From Haliotis rubra (taxonomy: Eukaryota), in assembly GCF_003918875.1 (NCBI RefSeq), contig NW_025766736.1, positions 248,001 to 312,000 on the forward strand: 64,000 nucleotides of DNA, written 5' to 3'. Positions 11,902 through 25,189 of this stretch are shown here, piece by piece (positions within the stretch are counted from its first letter, which is position 1; each line of letters begins with the position of its first letter). The notes under the pieces were generated by a model. The model did not search any database, was not told where the DNA came from, and saw only the letters and a list, made by a program, of their open reading frames with translations. The position numbers and the translations under genes are program-made.

Positions 11902-13599
11902 GGCGGTACACAGAGGAAGACTCTGAAAACAATAATACATCTTTCAGTGAAACTTATAAACGTGTCTTCGGCTCATGATAAGTAACACATTCTTACGAAA
12001 ATCTGACAGACAGTTACATCGGTGACGCCAGATGTTCGCCAAAGGAGCAAGTATGATATTTTGTAGGAGTTGCATCCTGCCTACGTGAGCGGCAATGCCA
12101 GTTAACACAAGAAGACTGTGTACGACAGGGAAACTCCATATAAGAATTCGTCCATCAGCTATTTTAAGAACCATATTTTATAAAGACACGGAGCCAAATA
12201 GACAGAATGACATTGCCGTTCCATCTAGCGTCGCAGAATATCCACTGATAAGAACACATTCACAAGCAATCGGCTTCAAAAGCCATGGAATCCGTCTTCA
12301 TATTTTACAGCTTACCCCTCTGATATATCTCAAGGAGCGGGTTACTCAAAAAAGAACGCTAGCTCCATTATTTGTTATTTAAAGGACCGAGAAACGTTTC
12401 AGCTCTGAAATTCTGTAGTTAGCAAAAATATATAGGAATGTCCAACACGCTTAACTTAGCTTAATGGTTCCCAATTAGAAGCACAGATATAGGATTTTGT
12501 ATCCCTCATTTATTATGAGCTGTATCAGATGAATACGAGCATCAGCTGCAAAGATGGCGGTATCTTCTCCATTCTCTGCATGTGTTGGCCAAACACTGTA
12601 ACGTCACGTCTGTAATCATCCCCATGCAGTCGGCTCCCGCAGTGTATAACACACCGGTTTTTATCAAAGGTTACACTTAATGCTGTAATGGAATCCCTGC
12701 GAAAGGTTTAATGTAGTTGTACACATTTTCGAAGTGCATATATCTGCAAATACTTCCTTCAGATCGGAAAGATCTCTGCCAACATACCTGGATTTAGCAT
12801 TACCCCTTCCTCCCCTGAACCTAATATATCTAAACAAAACACAAGAGCGCTAGCTATTCTTTTAACTCGTTTTGAAGTTACACAATCTATTTCAACTCGT
12901 TAACTGGCTTTCCTTCGCTACCGATCCCAAGTCGAGATTTTTTCTTCCACCGGCTGTTTGGTGTTTTTCAACATAGATAGTGTTCAGCCCTTCTCTATCT
13001 ACACGCGCTCTGCACACTACCAAGCGTGGATATCTTCTTCTGTCAGGTCGACAATAGCCAAGTTTAGGTTCTCAACAAATTGCTTTCGAATTTTGGCCTG
13101 ACACCAATTTCAGGGCACCTGCTACTTTTTCAATCCTATAAAGTATTTTCAGGGTTAGTTTGTTTTCATGGTAGTGTCTGTTGCAAGTTTATTCCGACAG
13201 GATTATTTCTGGAGCAGTTCACTCACCACTTACTGTGTGTTTTTCGCAGAGAGTGTCATCATAAAAAGTGTTACAAAAGTATATGGAAGACGATAAAGTT
13301 GAATCGCTGGCAACAGAGTACGGCTAAATCGGTGGCAGCTCTGTCTTGTGTGGGTTTTCTGACGTCGTGAACTGTTTGAGTCTGTTACACGGATTGTTTT
13401 GTTCTTTTCGGTACCTTGTGAAATTTCAGGGCAGATTGTATCCATACCCAAAGCATGCAGTTAGAGCAGATTACACCTAGGATGGCTGCAATCACCTGTT
13501 AAAATTTGTTCCCACGGCGTGTGTAGGTGCTCGTGCTATTGACCATTGGGCCAATTGTACAGACTTAGGAATTATATGTATTGAGACTGTAATGATACA

Positions 13600-14092
13600 C
13601 TGTTTGTTTGCTTATTGTTATATACAACTATGACAATACTCAAGCTTTATGATGGTGGCTGTAAATAATTGAGTTTGGACCCGACAATCCAGTGAGTTAT
13701 ATGGTGAGAAACGATTCGTGGTTGGGGTAATAATGCATTAAACTACGTCCCCGAGTCTAACCAGTTCGATCCACTTGGTACACCTTGTTAAACCTTTCAT
13801 AGATTCCTTGGCAACTATTCTAACCCTCATCTCCCATGGACCGTAATGATACAAACCTGTTAATGTAGCTCAATTGTCACTCACTATTTTTGTTTGTTTT
13901 TAAAATAAAAAAAGCCTTCAGCAACCCATGGTCAGCTCGCTGACTTAGCTTACACATATCATCTTATCCCAGTTGCATAGATCTATGCTCATGATGTTGA
14001 TCACTGGATTGTCTGGCACAGACTCGATTATTTATAGACCAACGCCATATAGCTGAAATACTGCTGAGTGTAGCGCTAAATAACAAATAAAC
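13600..14092. mobile_element. Two family B relics: old minus copy (about 13600-13845) and partial plus copy (about 13915-14092)
   Basis: gacaatccagtg on the minus copy; cttcagcaacccatgg...gatcactggattgtctgg...gctgaaatactgctgagtg on the plus copy. Confidence 0.7.
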
Positions 14093-14873
14093 ACATTGCT
14101 ATTGTTCAACATAATCTAAGAGATATAGGAGTCGAGGATATTCAGTAAACATTTCTGCAGGTAATTTTTAAAAATAAACCTACAGTTCCTTCAAGGTCAT
14201 AATTAGCTGTGATGGTATATCTATGTACGGGGATGAATTCTTCCACATGTCAATACTTTTAAATATTTGCGCAAATGATAGATTCATTACACTACTTTCA
14301 ATCTACTGTTAAAGGTTATAACGTCATTGACAAATACACGTGAAAGGCCACTAAACCGCCATTTTGTGATATGTTTAACTATTCATATGTAACTTTCATA
14401 GAGAGAATCGTGATCCGTTGAATCATCGAATTAACAACTGTTTCTACTGGCATTTAAAGTTTCGTTACAACTATTTGCAAAGACAGTTTAGGAAAAGTAT
14501 TAAAATGAAACATATATATCTTTGCTATTGGGAATGTTTTAAGTCGTTTGCGTAAGCAGTATGACATTACAATTGAATTTGACCTATTCAGTAGGTTTCC
14601 TTTATGCATATTCATTCTGATACCATATTGTAGGTGATTTGGAGAAGTATTTCCCGATCTATTCAAGCGACTGGGTATAAATACGTATATACTAAGTATA
14701 AATACGGGCAAACTGTAGTTCACAACTGTAGAAAGTTATTTTAAGAATTATCTCAAACTCGATATGAAATGTCACATATGTACACACGTAAATGGTTCTA
14801 TCAGTTTAAAAATATGCATATTTCATGTACATTACATGTATATTTCATGTATGTATCACGTTTCATCTCACAG

Positions 14874-15028
14874 ATGCGGATCGGTATCCATACAGGATCG
14901 GTGTTGGCTGGGGTTGTCGGCACCAAGATGCCTAGATATTGTCTGTTTGGAAATAACGTCACCATCACCAACAAGTTTGAATCCGGCAGCGTTGCCCTGA
15001 AGATTAACGTCAGCCCGATCAGTTACAA
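14874..15028 (+). CDS. GUCY1A: sGC alpha exon (155 nt, phase 0-2)
   Basis: tctcacag|ATG...AA|gtaagg. [51 protein letters not shown]; RYCLFG indicates GTP specificity and NNVTxxNKFES is alpha-type. Confidence 0.96.
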
Positions 15029-16564
15029 GTAAGGACATTATTTACTTCCTTCCTAACGGTGTATCCTCACCGAAACGATGCATCTATTGCTATAACGAAG
15101 TTGTCAATCCATACAATGCGTTCCTCTTCAGGTTATTTGCGGTTAAGCTAAAATAAATGCTACTCAGATCTACTTTATCACCATATCATGTTTTCTATTT
15201 CTTTGGCTTTATTTTTGATAAAAGTCATCATTTATACAAGTATCCCTAATTATATTGTCTCTCGTTTCCGGCTCTTGTTTAATGTCATATTTATAGCATT
15301 AAACTCAAGATGATAATTGATAAGGTTTTATTCTGTTTCCTTTCCGGCTCCCACTTAATGTCATGTTTTATGGCCCTAAACTCAAGATAATAACTGATAA
15401 AAAAACGGTGAAACATTTACGATGGTAAGTCGGAAAACATGGTAGCTGCATCATCCATAACTGTCGAAGTGAGCCTGTCCGTCTAAACAAGGGTTGTTGA
15501 TGGCACACATTGCTGCAGGTTATCGAATCAGTAATCAATTAAGTGAAAAGAAGTGATTAACTTGGAGCATACCAGTCATTCATGAAAAATGTCCGGAACC
15601 ATCGAGTGGGCCTAATAACTAGACGTATGCTGTGTGATAATTCTACCGTGCCCTTTACAAGCGGACCGGCAAATCTGGCGAACACAATCTGATAACAACC
15701 ACTTCCAATCGGAAGACATTCATCATATTATGTGTAATTATGATGATATTTATAGTTCATCCTGTTGTTGTCGTCTCCGCGTTATCGGCGCGTCCAATCA
15801 CAGCGCAAGAGAAATAATCTTACTGAGTGCATCACGTCTTCAGATAAGATGGCTGACTGAGTAAAGCGAACACCTGTCAGGTTTCTCGCCGTAGTTTCGT
15901 ACCACCTCAAGAGTCTGCATGCTTATTGCTAAATAATCGGAAGGATTTGACTGATATTGTTTATCTAATACTCCGAAGTTTCGCTGTATCTGTAAATAGA
16001 AGTTGATTTAGAGGTATCGTATTTCCCACTTAACTTGACTATTTATATTTACACGCAGGCATTTATATATACGAGGTCAGATCGCAAGATATGTGGCAAT
16101 GGATACATTTAACCTTATTCTATGAATGAAACCAGACAGGTCAGAAATTATACAAAACGTAGTACGAGGGGATAATAATCACTTTGTATTGTTGACACAG
16201 AAAATAGCTTGTAAGAGTGAATATGACTTCAGGACGAAGCAAAGCATACAGCGTAATGAACTAGTAACATGGTAAAGCGGATGTTAAAGAGTCTGCAAAA
16301 AGCAGATTCAGCATAAGCTGATAATTGCATAAGTTGTCACCTATCTGCGTGATCTCTATTATCAATTACTGCAAGCGCCAACCGATCCTCATTATGTCGC
16401 ACCTGTTTCCAAAGAAGTATGCTGGTTAGTGATACCTAGAGCGATGGGAGTGTTTAACAATGGTTTGAGGTTGGGGTGGGTATATTATATGAAATGCAAT
16501 AATTACCGTTAACCTTAACGGGAACAGTGAGTGAGTGAGGGAGTGTACTTGTTTTGTTACATGT

Positions 16565-16780
16565 TGTTTAACACCGCATCCAGCAGTTTCACAGCTATAT
16601 GAACTCGATCTGTATCAAAGTCCAGTCTGGGCCAGGTAATCTAGTGATTGACATCATGAGCACTGACATTCGCAATCGAAATAATATGGCATGCATCAAC
16701 CAAGTCAGCAAGCCTGACCACCCGACCCATTGAGTCGCCTCTTTCGATAAACATGGGTTGCTGAAGGCCTCTCCTGATCC
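16565..16780 (-). mobile_element. Retroposon family B (diverged)
   Basis: caaccaagtcagcaagcctgaccacccg...agtcgcctcttt...catgggttgctgaag. Confidence 0.75.
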
Positions 16781-16825
16781 TGTCGCTTACTGTTACTGTC
16801 ACTGATAGTTAACGCTGTAGTTTAA

Positions 16826-17283
16826 AAATAATAATAATATGTGTATTTATAATGCGCTGAATTCCACACATAAGGCATGCTCAAAGCGCTACATATTTAC
16901 AAGTATTTACAAAGCAAAGGTTATGCTAGAACGAGGGTGAAATTTTTGGAAAGATTGTAAAATTTTCTGAAAAGATGGGTTTTCAGGGAACTTTTAAATG
17001 AGTCAATGGAGGGAGACATTTTGAGTTGAGTCCACAACTGTGGAGCACCATAGCTGAAGGAGCGAAACCCGAATGCCCGGAGTTTCTGTCTGGGAATGGT
17101 GAGAAGGTGTCTATCTACCGATCTTAACATTCTGGAAGGATTGTGCTTGGTGACTTAGCCCAACAAGGTAGTCTGGAGCCGTAAGATGGTAACACTGGTA
17201 GGCAAGACTCAGGACCTTGAATTCAATTCTGGCTCTGATTGGTAGCCAGTGAAGAGACTTAAGAACAGGCGTTATGTGGATCC
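16826..17283 (-). mobile_element. 5'-truncated L2-clade LINE (ORF2 C-terminus and 3' tail), antisense in the last intron
   Basis: HITPVLKSLHWLPIRARIEFKVLSLAYQC...APDYL then LRSVDRHLLTIPR...GFRSFSYGAPQLW...FKSSLKTHLF; the tail has an agcgctttgag...agcgc stem and (TAT)n. Confidence 0.9.
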
Positions 17284-17380
17284 TAGAGGGAACTAGTTTA
17301 AGGCATCTTTTATCAGTATTCAGTTATACCAAGGTGCGTCAACTCAGTATACTCATGAATTGTATTTTTGTCCTTTTCAG

Positions 17381-17579
17381 CTTACTGCGGGATACCCCAG
17401 GGTTCAACTTCACACCGCGCACGCGCGAAGACCTTCCACCTGGATTTCCGGAAAACGTTGAAGGCGTACCGCTATTTCTGGAGAGCTACACACATCCGGG
17501 CGTTCCAGAGTCGGAAATCGAGACAACTGACCACATCGCTCTAGCCCTTGAACATATCGACCTGTCGGCCGAGAGATGA
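17381..17579 (+). CDS. GUCY1A: sGC alpha terminal coding exon
   Basis: tccttttcag|C completes an AAC codon. LLRDTPGFNFTPRTREDLPPGFPENVEGVPLFLESY...DLSAER-TGA resembles the vertebrate alpha1 [23 protein letters not shown] segment. Confidence 0.93.
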
Positions 17580-19180
17580 TCATTACATGTATTTATCAGG
17601 ATTATTTAATTTTAATTATCAGAGCGAATTGTGATACATTTGCAGCAGACTATATGCATCATTTTAGAGGTGTATAAGTCCGCTAGAGAGAAAATAGTCC
17701 CCCTGTTCATCTCATCAGAACATATGTAAAGTGTGTCAAACGGGTTTGGTAGTTTCAAATTGTCAGGCAAGTTTTGACAGAGAGTCGACAAGTGTTAGGA
17801 TATAGTGACCAAATCGCTTAACATTTGGCACTGAAGTCTGTGATATCGAATCCTTGATGTTTAATTTTATTCGTCCCTATTTATTTCTTTGTATTTATAC
17901 CATTGATTTAACTATATGTTTTCCTTACCAAAGAATCCACAAACCTGAGCGTAGATTGACATATGTTTTCACAAACTGGTAAAACCAGACTATGTTTCAA
18001 GAGCAAATGATACAAGCCAAAATACAAGGAAAAACTAATTGGACATATGATAATGCCAAGAACTCTCAACGACAACTTGATATTTAATACGCTGTATTAC
18101 TGTATACGTGTTTTAAAGTGTTCAGCAAATAGAACATGACTGCAGAGGAAGATTCATGGCATCACTGCTCGAATGCCGTGCGATATAATAGCACATAAAT
18201 CAGTTGGTTGTTGCATTTTAATGAGAACGAGAACCGGGCTAATTGGTAGCCCTAACACGTTTAATTCAAATCATTTGGAGCCTACTGATGCCTGTCAAAT
18301 TAATTTTATTTTATTGAGTGTATGTTAATTTAATTAGTTCACTAACTACACGGAGTCAGTGTATCAATCACAGACTGATCACGTCTAGATGTGGATCTGC
18401 AGTGTACATTGGGCATTGTCTGAAAAATTGTTGGTGACATTATTTTCGGATTTTGTTAGTTATTGTCGGAAACTAGAAACAGAGTAGAAATTCTGTCACT
18501 GATCTTGGAGATTTGATTTTCTGTTTTGACACTTGCCACATTACAGATATGAAAAAATCAGCTTTTGAAGTTATTCGACTTTTAATCGATTTGTTCCGCA
18601 AACAGGGATTCATTTGCACATCTTCATGAATCTTCATCAGCTAGATGTCATGGCAACTGTTCAAAGACCACTGTTCAATGGACATTGCTCATTCAGATTT
18701 ACAAATATTAACAACACATCATTCTGTAACACTGTCGTAAATAGTCACGGTGAGGTAAATATGAAATGGTTTAGTACACGTGTGTGTTTTAAACAGACAT
18801 AAATAGTAATTATAAATAGAAATCGCATTATTTATTGAAATGTGAACATAGGCTTAGAACGAGTTGTCTATTTTGTGACTGATCCAATACTTAGTGGTAC
18901 ATGCTTCCGTTTTGTACGTTTCAGTAACATTTTAACTGTTGGTTTTTTAAAATAATTACTTAGCGTTTGATATAATTACGTTGGCTAGAAGGATAGTAAC
19001 GCCACCGTTTTAAATGCTCACCCTTATGCATCGTCAGACACTGGACCCTTGACTGAGGAATTCCTATGCTCCACTCGTCGAGATTCCTTTTGATGTTTTT
19101 ATTCGTCAGATATCCCTTAAATTGAACGAAAATGAAATTTTTACGAGGACGTGGACTTTTTCAGCAACTCCCTCTTAATC

Positions 19181-19186
19181 AATAAA
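19181..19186 (+). promoter_or_regulatory. Candidate polyadenylation signal of the sGC alpha gene (3'UTR about 1.6 kb)
   Basis: First AATAAA I find after the stop codon, followed by a T-rich tract at about 19210-19228. Confidence 0.35.
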
Positions 19187-20558
19187 GAATTTTCTGATCA
19201 AAGCAACAATTTTCGGTTTCCCTTTTTACTAGAAGAAATAACGCCTCATTTTTCAAAATGTGAATGTCATTTGAGTATTAGTTGTATCTGCCACACCAGC
19301 ATGTAAGAGGGTTCCATACAATTCCTGGAAAACAGGAATTTGTTCGGTTCTGGTACATGTTCAGTGGTGTCCTTATAACGAGCTCCGCAGACTCTTCTGT
19401 AAAAGCGCATTGTATTTGTTTATGTCAAAATTACAGGGATGGTTTACCAGAAGTCGTGATGCGAGTTGAGACCTTTGGACACCCAAGGATACGCTAAACA
19501 TGAGTTGGAATGCCGGATTCGCACTGACTACGATTTCTTGGTTTGTCAACACCAAACCGGAACTTATGAATGTTACCCAAATGAAAACATCTCTTCTCAT
19601 GTTAAGCTGCCGAATCGTGATAAATATAAAATAATGTTAGAAAAAACACCTTGAATGAATACAATATTTACAAGATCTCAACAAATAACTCAGTCTGCAT
19701 CGTGGCAGACACACCTATGTCTCTGCTGGAAACACGATCGAGATTTCTTGTTCTACATTTTTCTGTTAAGCATCAACTTGTTTTGTTTTCTACCATGTAA
19801 TGTGAAAATATATTTATGTTCACTTTATGTTCACAGATGCAACAATATGCGTATTGTACTTGTATATGATCTAAAAATATGATTGTTTGTTTTGAAGTAT
19901 CACCAATATGCCATGTGTCACACTGTAAGATGTATCTCTTTGAGATTTTCGGTGAAAGATGCCCTCAAATTGTCATTAGATACTCCACCATTATCAAGAA
20001 TAACATACACAGTGCACCGATCAACCAGGCGTCATGGATGTCTGTGCCGAGCATCATCCAGATCCTCACTACTCCATCGCAAATCTTGCACAGCTTCTCA
20101 TTCCTTTATATAGTCCGCAAAGATTTTGACACCTTTATGCCTGTCTGAACAAGTCTACCCAAATCATTTCTATGTCCCTCCACTCGTTAATGCACATTGA
20201 TATATGTATAAATCAATCACTCCAAACAGATTTAATCATTTCAAAATTCGTTACACATCGTCAACTGATAACAAATGTTACACGATACAGGTATTTTCAT
20301 GAATAGTTATGTATTTACATCTTAGCAAGTGTAACACAACATAAACCCAGACACCATTGATATTGAAACATCCTTTACTTGATGATTACTATATGGTGGG
20401 TGTTAGGAATATAAAGGTATTTTCAATTCTCCTTGGATTCGTTTACCGGGACTTGGGTTGGACTTGGATGATACTTCATGATTGTTGTGGTTTTAGACAC
20501 TTCCAGTCATATCAGAATTGCCTCTAGGTTTTTGTCGTGGGATACGTCAGGATTTACC

Positions 20559-20678
20559 AGGCTAGCAATTCTCGAAACGTTCATAGCCCTACGAACTTCT
20601 TAAGCCCATTCTCAACACATTGGCTGCGATCAAAGTTAAGGATTGTTAGGGCTACGAACGTTTCGAGAATAAGGGCCC
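20559..20678. mobile_element. Small hairpin MITE
   Basis: 24-bp near-perfect IR attctcgaaacgttcatagcccta / tagggctacgaacgtttcgagaat. Confidence 0.75.
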
Positions 20679-20749
20679 TTGACTGTACTTTCACTGTACT
20701 AAGATACTAAATATACAATGATTGACTTGGGTCTTCCGTGGTACACACC

Positions 20750-22085
20750 TGGATCGACCGGGTTTCATAGTCGTTAGATATTTCTACATATACCAAGATC
20801 AATTTGGGTTTTCGGTCGTTTGATACTTCTAAATATACCAGGATCGATTGGGGTTTACAGTCGATAGATACTTCTGAATATACCAGGATCGACTGGGGTT
20901 TATAGTCGTAGATACTTCTAAATATACCAGGATCGACTGGGGTTTATAGTCGTTAGATACTTCTAAATATACCAGGATCGACTTGGGTTTATAGTCGTAG
21001 ATACTTCTAAATATACCAGGATCGACTGAGGTTTATAGTCGTTAGATACTTCTAAATATACCAGGATCGACTGGGGTTTACAGTCGATAGATACTTCTAA
21101 ATATACCAGGATCGACTGGGGTTTATTGTCGTAGATACTTCTAAATATACCAGGATCGACTGGGGTTTATAGTCGTTAGATACTTCTAAATATACCAGGA
21201 TCGACTTGGGTTTGTAGTCGTGGATACTTCAAAATATACCAGGATCGACTGGGGTTTATAGTCGTTAGATACTTCTAAATATACCAGGATCGACTGGGGT
21301 TTATAGTCGCAGATACTTCTAAATATACCAGGATCGACTGGGGTTTATAGTCGTTAGATACTTCTAAATATACCAGGATCGATTGGGGTTTATAGTCGTT
21401 AGATAATTCTAAATATACCAGGATCGACTGGGGTTTATAGTCGCAGATACTTCTAAATATACCAGGATCGACTGGGGTTTATAGTCGTTAGATACTTCTA
21501 AATATACCAGGATCGATTGGGGTTTATAGTCGTTAGATAATTCTAAATATACCAGGATCGACTGGGGTTTATAGCCGTTAGATACTTCTAAATATACCAG
21601 GATCGACTGGGGTTTATAGTCGTTAGATACTTCAAAATATACCAGGATCGACTGGGGTTGATAGTCGTTAGATACTTCTAAATATACCAGGATCGACTGG
21701 GGTTGATAGTCGTTAGATACTTCTAAATATACCAGGATCGACTGGGGTTTATAGTCGTTAGATACTTCTAAATATACCAAGATCGACTGGGGTTTTCTTT
21801 CGTTAGATAAGTCCACATAAACCAAGATCAATTGGGGTTTTCTGTAGGAAGATTAATATACCAGGATCGATTGTTTATAGTCGTTAGATATTTCTAAATA
21901 TACCAAGATCAATGGGGGTTTCTGTAGGAAGATACTTCTAAATATACCAGGATCGACTGGGGTTTATAGTCGTTAGATACTTCTAAATATACCAAGATCA
22001 ATTGGGGGTTTCTGTAGGAAGATACTTCTAAATATACCAGGATCGACTGGGGTTTTCTGTCTTTAGATACTTCTAAATATACCAA
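20750..22085. repeat. 44/45-bp minisatellite, roughly 29 units
   Basis: Unit gatacttctaaatataccaggatcgactggggtttatagtcgtta; explains the 15-aa repeat ORFs at 21409 and 21909. Confidence 0.95.
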
Positions 22086-23111
22086 GACGGGCTTGGTTGT
22101 ACCGTAGCAGGATACCACTGACTTATCCAGTCATTACCAGAAGCTACATACTGTTCCCTATGCAGATCAAACATTTCTTTGATATTTTCATGTCCTAATA
22201 GCATACAATGCGTTTGCGATGGTATTTAGTGTTTGATTTCCCCTAGATATTACCCGTTCGCGTTTGTACTGCCGAGGTGTTCGGCGATATATTATATTCA
22301 TTGTTTGTTTATTAATACACTCAGATCACAGGTAGAGATAACAGATCTACCGATACTACACATGCAATGTTTGTACTGACAATATATGTACATCTACAAA
22401 CTGGTTGCAGAACCTTCCATACTGTATAATATTTGTTTGTCGTCAACGAGCAAGTATTCTTGGAGACATCATCACCGCCTGGAATATAAGTGCTAATGTT
22501 ATTTGTGTGTAATTACATCCCATGACTAAGTGTGTCACAAAATTAGCGTTACCAAAGCAATATCACATTATGGTAGACAACTGCATCAATATATATGCAC
22601 TTTCACTGCGTAACGGCCCTTCACTTCAATATGTACCTGTACTTTAGTCTGTTGGAGAAGTAATAGTACGTACGTCTCCAACGGATGTTTATGATTTGTA
22701 ATTAATACATTTCTGTGACGATATTGACATGTCAGTGTAACACCTGTTCCATTATATTTCTACAAATGGGATATATTTACCATATTGTACGATGCAGTCA
22801 AAATGTCCGCTTGTTTACGAACGTCTAAATATAGACCTGGTCAACGCCGGTCTGTGTCAGCAGATGTTATGGTGTTTTGTTGTGTGATCACGCACCTGTT
22901 TTAGTGAGAATCTGCCGTGTAAGTCGGGGCAACACATTTGCATATCATAAATGTATTGGCATTATATGCAGTATGCGAGTCGATGAAATAAATGCACTAT
23001 TTACAAAGATTGCGTTGTGTTGTGTTCCAAGATGGCGGTGTTGTAGTCGGTTCCAATAGTACAACGTGACAACTCATACACTGACACACCTGTTTATGAT
23101 ACCAATGCTGA

Positions 23112-23280
23112 CTGACTGACTGACTGAGTTTGGTTTTACGCCGCTTTTAGCAATATTCCAGCAACATCACGGCGGGGGACACCAGAAATGGGCTTCACAC
23201 ATTGTGCCCATGTGGGGATTCGAACCCAGGTCTTCGGCGTGAAGAGCCAACGTTTTAAACATTAGGCTACACCACCGCCC
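23112..23280 (-). mobile_element. SINE family A
   Basis: 14-bp TSD gataccaatgctga at 23098 and 23281; (TCAG)n tail. Confidence 0.95.
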
Positions 23281-23332
23281 GATACCAATGCTGAGGGCAA
23301 ACATGGTCATCAATGAGTTGTCAATGATTTTG

Positions 23333-23767
23333 CAGGGCTCGATTTAGTGCTTCGTTACATGCACTGGTGCAACCTAACATTACAAAGTGCAACCTAGTTA
23401 TTAGTCTAACTTGCATCTCAGGTGCAAGTAATTTTTTGAAAAATAAATCAACAATATATCTGACATTATAAGCATAAATATATCAGCTCATTTTTCTTCT
23501 AAACTTTGAATACCTATGGCACTGAAACATTGCTATTTACAGACACGTCTCGGCCATGACAGCTCTTGTAAACAGGTATCAGCTGTGTGGCTGCGGTACT
23601 AAGGTTTCATGGGTACCCTACTACATCACGGAAATATGTTTATGTGCACCGAAATCTTTGATGTTTTAACACACTATGTTGCAATTGGAATTTGGCTGGT
23701 GCAACTAGGTTTTTGTCTTAGGTTGCACCTGGTGCAAGTAGGTAAACATGTCTTAAATCGATCCCTG
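23333..23767. mobile_element. Non-autonomous DNA transposon (hAT-like CAGGG termini)
   Basis: TIR cagggctcgattta / taaatcgatccctg with mirrored subterminal gtgcaac/gttgcac repeats; no clean TSD. Confidence 0.7.
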
Positions 23768-24204
23768 CTTTGATATCATAGTGCAATACTGGTTCACAAA
23801 ATTCTGTACTGGTGCAAGGCAACTTCAACGGCTGAAAGATACTTTTTTCTCAAAAGATACCGGGTTTTTTCATGATAAAGCACGCCAGAGTTCCATCGTT
23901 GATATTGTGCAGAGATTTCACAGCTGACAAAGAGTTCATAGATGTCATTTTCTAGTGTTTTTATAGTGGGCATTTTGCAGTTATGTCATAGTTGACATGT
24001 TGCAGGTGTGTGATAGTCGAATGCCGGAATTCCATGGCTGATCACATCGTGCAGAGATTTCATAATTGACATGTGGCTGGTAATTCTGGAACGAGCAACA
24101 CCATACCAAGAAGATGGGTAATATATAGTAACAAACAGGAGCTTCCGATCACTAATCCAAGCAGCAAATCTTGTCTTTAAGAAACTTTGCCTCTAACAAT
24201 CGAA

Positions 24205-24403
24205 AGCCATGCTTTTCGCAAGAGGCGACTAACGGGATCTGGTGGTCAGGCTCGCTGACTTGGTTGACACAAATCGTATCCCAATTGCGTGGATCGATGC
24301 TCATGATGTTGACCACTGGATCGCCTGGTCCAGACGCGCTTATTTACAGATTGCCGCCCTATAGATTGAATATTGCTGAGTGAGATGTTAAACAACAAAT
24401 AAA
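24205..24403 (+). mobile_element. Retroposon family B (5'-damaged)
   Basis: aagaggcgactaacgggatc...gaatattgctgagtgagatgttaaacaacaaat. Confidence 0.85.
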
Positions 24404-24821
24404 CGATCACAATCGAAAGCAATGAGAGATTCTCGCCTCTCACGATCGAAAGCAAATGCTGTGAAACAACAACGCCCTGTCCCTCACTATTATAGCATAT
24501 AATATCCAGCGGAAGCTACGTGCCTCTCTATCGTAGGTACATTTTATATCACGGAAACGTCTTGCGGCTCAGTATTGTAATGAAGCTATGTATGTCCTCA
24601 CCATTGTCAGAAATGTTTTTTATCAGAAAGAGTTCTAACCTTCACCACTGTAATGAAATTATGTATGCTCGAAACCTCTTGCTCCTCAACATCACTATCG
24701 TACTTAAATCCTGTTCATCCGAAACGTCTTGCCCTTAGCTACTGTAACCAAATGATGTATCTCAGAAACGTGTTGCCTCCATTGTTAAACACATTATCGA
24801 ACTCAGATGCTGTATATAAGA

Positions 24822-24983
24822 CTGACCGAGTTTGGTTTTACGCCGCTTTTAGCAATATTCCAGCAATATCACTGCGGGGGACACCAGAAATGGGCTTCAC
24901 TCATTGTACCCATGTGGGGATTCGAACCCGGGTCTTCGGCGTGACGAGCCAACGCTTTAACCACTAGACTACCCCATCGCCCC
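24822..24983 (-). mobile_element. SINE family A
   Basis: 12-bp TSD ctgtatataaga at 24810 and 24984. Confidence 0.93.
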
Positions 24984-24996
24984 CTGTATATAAGAA

Positions 24997-25189
24997 GGAC
25001 GGTGGGGTAGGCTAATGGTTAAATGCGTCCGCTCGTCACGCTGAACACCCGGTTTGATTCCCTGCATGTGTACAATGTGTGAAGCCGATTTCTGTTGTCC
25101 CTCACCGTGATATTGCTGGAATATTGCTGGAATATTGCTGTGATCTTGCTGGAATATTGCTAAAAGCAGCGTAAAACCATACTCACTCA
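24997..25189 (+). mobile_element. SINE family A, head-to-head with the previous copy, with an internal tattgctggaa stutter
   Basis: Flanks are ctgtatataaga(a) and ctgtatgaaaga. Confidence 0.9.

Noticed and set aside
19400-20150. Additional sGC exons or a small downstream gene
   Set aside because: The ORFs are short with no homology I recognise, and the sGC frame already terminates at 17579.
20750-22085. CRISPR-like array or 15-aa repeat protein
   Set aside because: The units are contiguous with no unique spacers, there are no cas genes, the context is eukaryotic, and 44-bp units break the frame.
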